Below are positions 12,725 to 23,368 of a stretch of DNA of 64,000 bases, in pieces. Source of the stretch: Somniosus microcephalus (lineage: Eukaryota); assembly GCA_052327205.1 (NCBI GenBank), contig CM126205.1:280984001-281048000 (forward strand), read 5' to 3'. Numbering within the stretch: the stretch's first letter is position 1; every line of letters starts with the position of its first letter. Made by a program: the position numbers and the translations under genes. Under the pieces are notes generated by a model. It did no database searches and was not told where the DNA came from. It saw only the letters and a list, made by a program, of their open reading frames with translations.

Positions 12725-14070
12725 TCCCCCACGATGACGGCATCACTGCGACAGCCTCAGTACTCAACACCAACAACAGCCAATCTCCAGACGCCATCCT
12801 ACAACTCATCCACTTCATCCTTGACCACAATGTCTTCACCTTCGACAACCAGTTCTTTACCCAAACACACGGAACAGCCATGGGGACCAAATTCGCTCCC
12901 CAATATGCCAACATCTTCATGTACAACTTCGAGCAAGACTTCTTCTCTGCACAGGACCTCCAACCAACGCTATACACCAGATACATCGACGACATTTTCT
13001 TCCTATGGACCCACGGCGAAGAATCACTGAAAAGACTACACGATGACATCAACAAGTTCCATCCCACCATCAAACTCACCATGGACTACTCCTCAGAATC
13101 GGTTTCATTCTTGGACACACGAATCTCCATCAAAGACGGACACCTCAGCACTTCACTCTACCGCAAGCCCACGGACAACCTCACGATGCTCCACTTCTCC
13201 AGCTTCCACCCTAACCACATTAAAGAAGGCATCCCCTATGGACAAGCCCTGCGAATACATAGGATCTGCTCAGATGAGGATTAAGGCAATGGACACCTAC
13301 AGACGCTGAAAGACGCCCTCGTAAGAACGGGATATGACGCTCGACTCGTCGATCGACAGTTCCGACGGGCCACAGCGAAAAATCGCATAGACCTCCTCAG
13401 AAGACAAACACGGGACACAACCAACAGAGTACCCTTCGTCGTCCAGTACTTCCCCGGAGCGGAGAAACTACGCCATGTTCTGCGCAGCCTTCAACATGTC
13501 ATCGACAACGACGAACACCTCGCTAAGGCCATCCCCATGCCTCCACTACTCGCCTTCAAACAGCCGCCTAACCTGAAACAGACCATCGTTTGCAGCAAAT
13601 TACCCAGCTTTCAGGAGAACAGCGACCACGTCACCACACAACCCTGCCACGGCAACCTCTGCAAGACATGCCAGATCATCAACACAGATACCATCATCAC
13701 ACGTGAGGACACCACCCACCAGGTACATGGTACATACTCATGTGACTCGGCCAACGTTGTCTACCTCATACGTTGCAGAAAAGGGTGCCCCGGAGCATGG
13801 TACATTGGCGAGACAATGCAGACACTGCGACAACGGATGAACGGACGCCGCACAACAATCGCCAAGCAGGAGTGTTCCCTCCAAGTCGGGGAACACTTCA
13901 GCAGTCAAGGACATTCAGCCTCCGATCTTCGGGTAAGCATTCTCCAAGGCGGCCTTCGAGACACACGACAACGCAAAATCGTCGAGCAGAAACTGATAGC
14001 CAAGTTCTGCACTCATGAGGACGGCCTCAACCGGGATCTTGGGTTCATGTCACGCTACATGTACCCCCAC

Positions 14071-14216
14071 CTGACGTAGAGTCATCCAGACTCGAGTCGT
14101 CGTTGGCTTGTTCTCTCTGCACAGATGCGGCCGGACCTGCTGTAATTTCCAGCAAAGTTTTTTGGTTTTTTTTCTGTTTTTCATACAGACCCCAGCATCT
14201 GCAACATTTGACCCCT
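14071..14216 (+). mobile_element. Short pLTR-only Penelope derivative with a decayed hammerhead motif
   Basis: Starts CTGACGtAGAGTC-atcca-GACTCGA; body resembles 3100-3160 and the complement of 30826-30917; imperfect TSD TGTACCCCCAC/TGTGACCCCAC (14060-14070, 14217-14227). Confidence 0.65.
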
Positions 14217-14405
14217 TGTGACCCCACCTCATTGTTCTTTGATGTAATGTTTTCCTGGCTGACCTGTTTGGACACCATTCACACCTTTGATTGCTGTGAT
14301 TATCTCTCTGCTGAGGTGTGATAAAGGGCAGTTAGAAAGATTACCTGTAATCATCTGGCAGTTTTCTCTGACTATATATGCTGTGCCTGTATGCTTCTCT
14401 TCACT

Positions 14406-14442
14406 TCACCTGACGAAGGAGCAGCGCTCCGAAAGCTTGTGA
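14406..14442 (+). ncRNA. Minimal type I hammerhead ribozyme in the 3' pLTR
   Basis: TCAC-CTGACGA-A-GGAGC-agc-GCTCC-GAAAGCTT-GTGA; predicted cleavage after CUU (14438); AATAAA at 14448. Confidence 0.8.
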
Positions 14443-14689
14443 TTTCAAATAAAGCTGTTGGACTATAACCTGGTGTTGTGTGACTTCCTACCTTACTTTA
14501 AAGAGTAATATTACTAAATCTATGTGAATCACTTTTTGTAACAACCCTATATATATTGCCTATCAACCTTTGTCAGCAGTGCAAAGGAACCAGCCATGGA
14601 GTATGTGAAAATGTCCTCTATTAACCCTTGAGTTTTCCACCTAGAAGATAGCAGTGTAGTATACATTGTAAATCAGAAGAAATGTGTAC

Positions 14690-16075
14690 TGAAACTGCTC
14701 ACCCATCATAAAACACACCCTCAACCCTTCTGCTCTCCAACTATCATCACAACTCCAACTTCCCTTTCCTCTCTAAGGTTCTCCAACACTTCCATGCCAC
14801 TCATCTCTGCACCCACCTCTCCTACCAATCGCTGCTTAATTCCCTTGAATGTTGTGCTCTACAGCATTGAAAGTCACTAATGATATTGTGCTCCCCAATA
14901 CAGTTTTCCATGCCATTCTACTCCATCATCCCTTTCTCTCCACCTCTATGGCACTGCACTCACTCGATTCCACTCCTACCTGAATTAATGTAGACAGCAC
15001 ATCACTTAGAATGGCTTCTCCTTTCATGCCCAAATAATCACCTCTGGAATGCTGCAAGGTTTCACCCTTGGCTTGTGAACTTTTACCGCGGCACCATAGA
15101 GAGTGTCTTGACGAGTGGTTTCAATGTGTGGTATGGTAACACCACTGCACAGAACAAGAAAGCCATCCAGAGAGTTGTGAATACAGCAGAAAAGATCATC
15201 GGGTGTGCACTTCCGTCCATCGAGGAGATCTTCCAGACCAGGTGCCGGAACAAGGCCCGCTCCATCATCCAGGACCCCAATCACCCTGGGCACAAACTGT
15301 TCTCCCTCCTGCGGTCCGGACGTCGGTACCGCAGCATCCGAACCAGGACCAGCAGGTTTAAGAACAGTTTCTATCCACAGGCAGTGCACCTACTGAACTG
15401 CTAATCGCACTGCCCCATATATTATAGTTATATGTTTATGTAAATATATATATTATATTCATATTACCATATATTTATCATATTACATTACTATTATTTC
15501 CAGTGGTAATTGAGGCTTTTTTGTACTATTCATCATATCCTGCAACTTGGACTGTTATTGCTATACTTTTTGCTTATTTGCTTATTGTTTTTATTTATAC
15601 TTGTTTTTATTTTTTTGCTTTTATATTATATGCTTGTATTGTGGGAGTGAGTGGGGAGTAAGCATTCTATTGTACTAGTTACATATGGCAATAAAATGAT
15701 CTTGAATCTTGAATCTTACTCCTCATCTATACGTTGCCACTCATTATCACTAACCTTAGCGTCAGCTTCTCTATTTAAGCTAACACTATCCAGCTTTCTG
15801 TAGCTCAATGTTGTCAGATTGAAACCATCTTGTTCAACCCTCACCAGAAACATTCCATGTTAGCCCTTCATCAGAAATCCTGTCCTAATTTCTCACTCAG
15901 GCTGGGTGTGCAACCTCAATGTCCTGTTCATCGTGAGCTGAGCTTCACATGACCCATTCAGTCCATCACCAGAGATATCTGCTTCCACCTCTAAAATATT
16001 GCCCAGATTTGTCCCTACCTCACTGCTACCAAAACACTCATCCATGCCTTGGTTACCTTCACGTTTGACTTGTTA
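14690..16075 (+). mobile_element. Old degraded L2 LINE fragment, interrupted by Rex1
   Basis: Decayed L2 RT-like segments (ctccaacttccctttcctctctaagg; cactcatccatgccttggttacc, as in the younger L2 at 28990); boundaries approximate. Confidence 0.55.
15075..15717 (+). mobile_element. Rex1/Babar LINE 3' end
   Basis: NFYRGTIESVLT..VWYGN...HPGHKLFSLLRSGRRYRSIRTRTSRFKNSFYPQAV (ORF 15075-15404); AT-rich 3' UTR, AATAAA, (CTTGAAT)n tail. Confidence 0.85.
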
Positions 16076-16207
16076 GAGTCCCGTGCTGAACCCTACAAAG
16101 AAACCAACTTATTCAGAAATCTGAAACTCAAATCCCATTCATTTCTAAATGATGCACAGCCAAGATTCATTTTCTTGCACGCCTATAATGAATCCCTGCC
16201 TTAAATC

Positions 16208-16790
16208 AGAAGAGAAATTTGACTTGTGCCCAATATGGACAGCTAATCGGCGGAGCAATTGCTTCATGCATTGGTGCGTTTCAGCCTAAGCCCGAACCAA
16301 ATTCACAACCGGGCCTCATTTGAATGGCAGCAGTGAACTACGGGTGTCAAACAAGCATCCTGATTCAATTTGCTGTTTGGGGCCTGATGAATTTTGTACT
16401 GGCTCCAATGCCAAGCCAGTCCACTGTTAGGTCTTGGCCTGGAGTCAAAGGCAAAGGCGGGGGGGGGGGGGGGGCGGAACTATATTTGTAGAACGAGGAG
16501 AACTCCTGCTCCTTCTGGTTTCATAAAAATGTAACTTTGAAAGAGTATTGTGGCCGTTTTTTGAGTGGCCTCCAGTGGACCCTTTGTACCTGAATTTTGC
16601 ATTGGGGTCCTACAACTGACCCTGTAGGACCCGAATTTGGACAGAAGAGGAACCTACCCCTGTTTCAGACAGGCAAGCTGCTCGCCTTTGGCATCAATAG
16701 GGAAGCTGAGGTGCTTTTCACTGATTGCCAACTTCTGGTCGTCTGTTTTTCAGGTGCAAAATGGACGGCTATGAGTTGAATTTCTCCCCT
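16208..16790. mobile_element. Probable old Harbinger-type MITE
   Basis: Degenerate TIRs AGAAGAGAAATTTGACT / AGTTGAATTTCTCCCCT; flanks ATC/ATT. Confidence 0.35.
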
Positions 16791-16807
16791 ATTGATTATA
16801 ATATCTT

Positions 16808-17270
16808 TGTCAGCCAGTGGCTCACTTGGTAGCACCCTCACCTCTGAGTCAGATGGTTGTGGGTTCAAGTCCCACTCCAGACACTTGAGCACAAAAATCT
16901 AGGCTGACATACCAGTGTAGTATTGAGGGAGTGCTGCAATGTCGGAGATGCCATCTTTCGGATGAGATGTTAAACTGACTGCCCTCTCAGGTGGATGTAA
17001 AAGATCCTATGGCACTATTTTGAAGAAGAGCAGGGGAGTTATTCCTGGTATCGTAGCCAATATTTATCCCTCAATAAACATCACTAAAACAGATTTATCT
17101 GGTCATTATCACATTGCCATTTGTGGGAGCTTGCTGTAGGCAAATTGGCTGCCATGTTTCCTACATTACAACAGTGACTACACTTCAAAAAGTACTTCAT
17201 TGACTGTAAAGCGCTTTGAGATGTATGGTGGTTGTGAAAGGCACTATATAAATGCAAGTCTTCTCTTTCT
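16808..17270 (+). mobile_element. tRNA-derived DeuSINE (SacSINE1-like)
   Basis: A box TGGCTCACTTGG, B box GGTTCAAGTCC, Deu-domain-like core (gatgagatgttaaac...aagatcctatggcact...), L2-like tail gtaaagcgctttg...ctatataaatgcaag. Confidence 0.85.
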
Positions 17271-18152
17271 TTTTTTCTCTTTTTCAAATCCCTCCACAGC
17301 CTTGCTTCACCCTACTTCTGCAATCCCCTTCAGCTTTACAGCCTTGGTCACTGCCTCTGCTCTTCCTCCTCTCTCCCTCTTTCCACTCCACTATCAGTTA
17401 TTTCAGGTTCACAATCTGGTATTCTCTTCCCAAACTCCTCTGCTTTGCCACATTCCCCCATCATTAAAACCTACCTCATTGCTCCAACAACATATCCCTA
17501 CACAGGCTCAAGCCCAACCACACCTCCCTGCCCCCACCACCCCACTCCCACCCCACAACTCTGTAAAGCATCTTGAGGTATTTTCACCAAGTTCAAAATA
17601 CCACATAAGTGCAAGATTTGTTGTTATATGTCAGTCTCCAGACTATACCACTGTATGATCTGCAAAAGGAGGATCAAAAGGACCCTCTTGAACTTTTCCC
17701 TCAGAATGACTCCCAAGGTCTAAAATTAGTCTGAAAGTGCCGCTTAATGACAAAAATAAGAACAAGAAATTGCTGTTAGTAATTCCAAATGCAAACCCAT
17801 ATCCTATTACATTATGGTACAGCACATTGACACACATAAAATAGAGAACAATGTTTATATGTAACTGAAAATACTTAACTTATAACACATAAAAGGCAAT
17901 CTGCAATTTTCATCTTTTTACATGGCTATAACCTGTTACGTTATTTATCTCCAAAATCATGTTGTAAAAAACAAAAACAATACTTATATGACTCATTTCA
18001 TCCATCAACATTACAAATGTGCTAAAAACATTATCTTCCCCCTCTCAAGTATTCATTGCACTGCTGTGAAATTAGAAATAGTCCTTGTCGTTCTGGCTGA
18101 TTTGAATCAGGATAAACTGAAACTGTTTTAAATAAGTCATACTTGCAACAAT

Positions 18153-18921
18153 GGGCCAAATTTTGTTGTCGCAGGGCGCCTGCCATTAGTTAGACTTGCC
18201 CTTGCATGTTTAGGTTTTTCAATTTTTTACAGCAAGATGCTGAAAGTGCGAGCTGATAACAACGCAGTGAGGGAAACCGGGCATCTGGGATCTGTATGAT
18301 GGGGGAAGCAACTGTGTATCAGATTCAAGGATTCTGAAATTAACAGCACAAGTGTAAGAGCCATAAGGACTGAGAAAGAAATGTAAATTAGAGTGGATGC
18401 ATTTAATGTCAAATCAGGTACAGAAAGAGAAATAAAGATAGGGAAAGAAAAATTGGATTGAGAGAAAAAAGAGACAGATGGGAAAAGTAAAAAAAAGTTT
18501 TAATTTTAAATTTGACATATTTAAAATGCCCAACAACAATTAAAACCCGAAGGAATGAGACTCCACACTTATAATAGTTAATTTTCAATGCCAAGTTGAT
18601 TGGCAGTAATTAACACTTATCACTTCGTTAAAAGGGTGCTTATACTGGAATGGACAAGACTTGACTTTCTGTTGAGAGTTTAGTTTGTATCTACCACACA
18701 AATACAGCAATTTCACGCCATTCAATGCAGTTCAATGGTGAGCCAGACAGTGAGATGCCGTTTTCACAAAGCTAACAGTGGAGCAGCGCAACTCGGACAG
18801 CAACTTTTGGATATTTGAGTTTAACTCATCTGGCCCTCACCTGAAGTTGCTGTACCATTTGCGCATAAATAACGGTGAGCGCCATTAGCCTCACTGTTAT
18901 TTCGACAGGAAAATCTGGGTC
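18153..18921. mobile_element. Harbinger-type MITE, same family as 219-983
   Basis: TIRs GGGCCAAATTTT / AAAATCTGGGTC; flanks AAT/ATT; long internal similarity to 219-983. Confidence 0.8.
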
Positions 18922-20232
18922 ATTATGTTTTCCCTGAACAATTTTTGTAATGTTGAGAAAATATGAATATTATGGACGATCCTTGTCATATTGGCTAGTT
19001 TGAATTGAAAAAAGCACTAACTTTAAGTATATCATAAAACATTGGACATAATAAACTTAAAAGAACCAATATTTTTCATCTAGATTTACTTTAGATCTAC
19101 ACCTAATTATTTGTAACTGGGATGGATATTGGAAATCTGTATTTGCAAAGTATTGTACTTGCTTTTGGCTTCTAATTAAAAGTACAAAATATAACTTAAC
19201 ACAGTGTGCCATTTATCACAGGTTTTATATATGTACTGTAGTGTCCTGAAACACTAGACAATTGTTCAAGTCTTGTTCTATTTCATCAAGCAACATTGAC
19301 CAGCTAGTACCACATGCTTCAGAAAGGGAGGGGTGTGGAAGAGAGAGATAAGCAGAGTTTCGTTGAGGTTAACTTGGTTCGAAGGTGACAAGCCTGGGAA
19401 AGGGAGATTGCAAATAAATGTATTCTATGTGGCAGACACAGGTACACAATACCCGAGGCATGCAGGTTCACAGTATTACAGGATGCAGTTGTTGATTGCC
19501 CAACCAACCTGGCTTAATAATGAGACCTGGAGAGGTAAACTTGTCACTGAAAGCTGGGATCCTTTCCACTTGGCTCCAGATAACCATGCAAGGCAACAGA
19601 TAGGGTGGCCCTAGCTGGACAAACTGAAGGAAGCTTACCAATGTTCTGTGCTGCTAAGATGTGTGGGTTTAACTGGTTAAACTGCAGCATTATTAAGCAT
19701 ACACTGGGGTTTCCTTAAGCCTTGGCTCTTGCCAATCTGCACTTAAGTGCTCTGGATTTGGTAATTGTAGCGTGTTCCTATGGGAAGAAAGTGCATATTC
19801 TATTTCAGGCAAATGAAAACTCGACTTTCTGGATTTCTCAGTTGTTTGAATTGGAAACAATTAAACACTTGGGCCTAGAAATTCAGTATCGCCACGTTTG
19901 GAGCGCTACAGCCGGGCGTTCGCTAAATTTAGCACCCGGCGCAACTTAGCACCACCTCCGTCGAAATTGAGTTGCATCGCCCCAAGATGTTGCTGCTGTG
20001 CTAAAGAAGGCGGTGCACGACTATCATAAGGCTCTAACCCGGCGAGCCGAGGCGCTACCACTGAGGGCAGGTGCAGCGCAGGTGCGGCGAGTTATCGATT
20101 GCAGGCAGACACGCTGGCACCGGTCTGCTCTTAAAGGGGGAGGGTCGATTTGGTTTGCAGCCACGCCCTGCACACTGGAGCCCTGATTCTAAGCCTGGAC
20201 AGACCTGCTTCGACAACTCTACGCCCACAACC

Positions 20233-22300
20233 ATGGAGAAGGCTACGGAGCGAGCGCAGCGCTTCAGTGAGAGTGCCCTGAAGGTCCTGGTTGGCGCAGT
20301 GGAGCGCAGGCGACCTATCCACTTTCCTGACAGTGGCAGGAGGCCGCTGCCCAATGAATATAGAAAAGCTTGGAGGGAGGTGGCACACAGAGTGACCTCC
20401 AGCAGCATGGTCCCCAGGACACCAACGCAATGTAGAAAGAAGTTCAACGACCTCACTCGGGTTGTCAGGGTGAGTACCCTTTCCAGTATCCTCTTCATCC
20501 CTGCATGTGCACCTCACTTTATGGCCAAAGGGTCCTGAAAGCCCCAATGCCCAGCCCTCATCCAACACCTATGGGAATCTCATGAAAATCACATGCACAA
20601 TCACCACTTTACACACTGTCAGGGCTATTCGACCATGGGAGGCAGTGCAGACAAGATGAGGGCTTGACACTGTCAGGGCTATTCGACCATGGGAGGCAGT
20701 GCAGGCAAGATCAGGGCTTGACACTGTCAGGGCTAATCGACCATGGGAGGCAATGCAGGCAAGATCAGGGCTTGATACTGTCAGGGCTATTTGACCATGG
20801 GAGGCAGTGCAGGCAAGATCAGGGCTTGACACTGTCAGGGTTAATCGACCATGGGAGGCAGTGCAGGCAAGATCAGGGCTTCACACTGTACTCAGAGCCC
20901 GTCCTTTCTCTTGCAGGGCAAGCTGGCCCACAATAGGAGGCAGCAGCAACGGACCGGGGGAGGCCATGCTGAACTTAAAGATCTCAGCGACCTGGAGCAG
21001 TGAGTGGAGCGGTTCATGGCAGGCCGGCTGATTGGCCTCGTCGCCACTGGAGATGTCGACCCCGTTCTGGACAGCAATGGTAAGGTCATCACCTTTTTGA
21101 CCTCCCTCTTTCCACTTGTGCCTCACACCAGCATCCTTTGCCACTCTCGAACCAATGCAGTGCATAGCAGCACTCATGCCTCCCTTGCTGCCGCCCTGTC
21201 CTCACTCTAAAGCAACTCTTGTGCCTCCCTGCTTTCAGATGCTGATTCGCCAGGTGAGGAGGCGGGCCCTCAAGCTGGCACTGTGAGTGAATCGGAAGGC
21301 GAGGAGGAGGAAGAGGAAACCGGACCATCAGTGCCACCCTCAGCCGAGGCAGCCCATGGCCATGATGGGGACACGTCTTCCCTGGAGGGGAGCAGGGGGT
21401 AAGGGTCTGATGACGGTGAAGCTCCGGGGCCCAGCGGGCTGCAGCAACGCGGGGGGGAGGGGTAGGGAAGCTCGGCGGCCTTCTCCCGGGAGGCTGAGTG
21501 CGGCCTCCAGTCCTGCTACAGTGAGCGCAGAGGAGGTGCGGCTCCTTGGTGAAATGGGCGCCCAGGCTGAGCGCAGGCACATTGAGCTCATGGCTGCAGT
21601 GGCAAGGATGCCTGACTCCATAGAGTCACTGGCAAGGAGTGTACAGGAATTCAGGGCAGCACAGGCCAGGAGTCAGCAGGACGTCGCTGCATCACAGGCC
21701 AGGAGTCTGCAGGACTTCGGGGCAGCACAGGCCAGGAGTCAGCAGGACGTCGCTGCATCACATGAGGCTTCCAGCCAAGTGCTTAGTCGTGCCATGCAGT
21801 CACTGGCTGGTCTGATGCAGACACAGATGAGGGCCACACGAGCACTAACTGCTGCCACCCTCGCTGGATCGGCCAGGAATCGCCGGGGCTCTTGCCGCGC
21901 CACAGCAGGCCTGCAGTCTGTGCTTCAGCAGATTGCTGCGCATGCTTCAGTGCTGCCCCGTGCAAGTGCCAGTGTCTCGTCTGACCAGGGAGTGCCTGTG
22001 CTCTGTCAGGTTGACAGCATTCCTGCTGCCAACACTGTCACTCCTCCACTGCAGCTGCCACCACCCGTAGGACAGACTGCTGCCGCCCAAGCAGAGTTGG
22101 AGCAGTCAGCAGCCGGGCCCTCCAGGCCCAGAGCTGGTCCAGGTCATCCCCCAAGGGCATCTGCCGACTCACTATCTGACCCTCAGCAGCCTTCCCCCAG
22201 CCTTGCTGCAGCCACTGGGGTCCCATTGCGGAGGAGCTGCAGGGCAGGAAGGGGCCAACCACGTAAGCGAGGCAGATCACCCTCACAGGCCGAAAAGTAG
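20233..22300 (+). pseudogene. Harbinger Myb/SANT-like gene (exons 20233-20469, 20917-21079, 21239-22300), disabled
   Basis: RAQRFSESAL...WREVA..VTSSSMVPRTPTQCRKKFNDL; GTGAGT/GTAAGG donors; TGA at 21001, TAA at 21400, frameshift in the G run near 21451. Confidence 0.82.
20613..20889 (+). repeat. 54-bp minisatellite, 5 copies, in Myb-gene intron 1
   Basis: Unit acactgtcagggctattcgaccatgggaggcagtgcaggcaagatcagggcttg at 20613, 20667, 20721, 20775, 20829. Confidence 0.95.
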
Positions 22301-22314
22301 GAGGTGTGGCAAAA

Positions 22315-22437
22315 TGTTATGTTTGTTTTTCTGAAGGCCAAGGATGTTGTGTTTGTTTTTTCGGAAGGCCGAGGATGTTGTGTTTGTTTTTCTGAAGGCC
22401 GAGGATGTTGTTTTAGTTTTTTATGAAGGCCGAGGAT
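22315..22437 (+). repeat. Approx. 30-bp tandem repeat, 4 copies, between the convergent Harbinger genes
   Basis: Unit tgttgtgtttgtttttctgaaggccgagga; a single related unit in H3 near 37930-37955. Confidence 0.85.
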
Positions 22438-22698
22438 CATGGTCATTTTTGTTTTACTGTTTTGTTCATTGTCTCCAGGTTGTGAGAGCCAGTTATGTGT
22501 CTGACTGTTTTTTGGGGGGTTTCTCTGTATTTGTTTGTCATGCCAGATGGGCCCAGAGTTTGTTAAATAAAAAATTGTCTTTATTCAGATTGTGCATGCT
22601 TACACTTTGGACTATTTGTTGCCTTGACCACCTCAGGGTTTGCGGAGCGGCTCCATTCATGTTCTTTCAATGGCACAAGCCATTCCCTGAGAGGGGGC

Positions 22699-23368
22699 CT
22701 AGAACCGACTTGCAATAAGCCGCCAACGGACGGCCCTTGCACTTTGTGCCTCCCTCCCGTCTTGGTGCTCCTCCTCCTCCTCTGGTGGTGCTCCAATGTC
22801 TGCTGGCAGTGGCTGAGTCCTGAGGATAGCCAGGTTGTGCAGCATGCAGCACACTACAACGAAATAGGAGACTCGCTCAGGCGAGTACTGTAAGGCTCCC
22901 CCGGAATGGTCCAGACAGCGGAACCGTTGCTTCAGCACGCCGATCGTGTGCTCAATGATGTTCCTGGTCGCTTGATGGCTGTCATTGTATCGTTCTTCAG
23001 CAGGGGTGGTGGGCACACGGAGCGGGGTCATCAGCCAGGTGCACAAAGGATAGCCCTTGTCCCCGAGAAGCCAGCCTCCTGGGTGAGCCGGGGCTTCAAA
23101 AATGTCTGCCACAGAAGTCTGGCGCAGGATGAAGGCGTCGTGGCTGCTGCCTGGAAAGCGGGCATTGACAGCTAGTATGAGCTGCCTGTGGTCACACACC
23201 AACTGCACGTTGCGGTAATCCTCGGCATTCTCTAGAGGCGCCCGCAAAGCCACATGTGTGCAGTCACTGGCACCCTGGACCATGGGGAAGCCCGCTATTC
23301 TTGCAAATCCCATTGCATGCTCTTGCTGCTTGTCCAGGGTCATGGGGAAGGAAATTTACTGACGTCTC
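22699..23368 (-). pseudogene. Harbinger transposase C-terminal part (copy A), cut by the Gypsy LTR
   Basis: GASDCTHV, GDKGYPL, NIIEHTIG; lacks RKGFHSLN relative to H3. Confidence 0.88.

Larger units (their letters stand above)
8357..14070 (+). pseudogene. Penelope RT/GIY-YIG ORF, disrupted
   Basis: VLSRGLNFCP, IKSADKGG, LPKIQK..PGRPIVS, GTAMG, RYIDD, VVYLIRC...WYIGET; stops at 8666, 9683, 13282; Gypsy inserted at 9696/12725. Confidence 0.9.
8161..14490 (+). mobile_element. Full-length Penelope-like retroelement with inverted 5' pseudo-LTR; hosts a Gypsy insertion and a mini-pLTR insertion
   Basis: TSD (A)CCTTACTTTA(A) at 8150-8161 and 14490-14501; approx. 8199-8320 is the reverse complement of 14375-14490; 34-bp extension 8161-8194 pairs with 8322-8355 (2 mismatches). 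Confidence 0.92.

Noticed and set aside
16808-16880. tRNA gene (also 32627 and 51260-51330)
   Set aside because: The A and B boxes are SINE heads continuing into Deu-domain bodies; no complete cloverleaf.
17649-17742. Candidate next cfap221 exon (GTFRLILDLGSHSEGKVQEGPFDPPFADHTV)
   Set aside because: Phase-compatible, but splice sites are weak and I see no similarity to CFAP221; needs RNA-seq.
20613-20889. CRISPR-like array (also 36434-36595, 22315-22437, 58888-58938)
   Set aside because: Head-to-tail units without unique spacers, no cas genes, eukaryotic transposon context.
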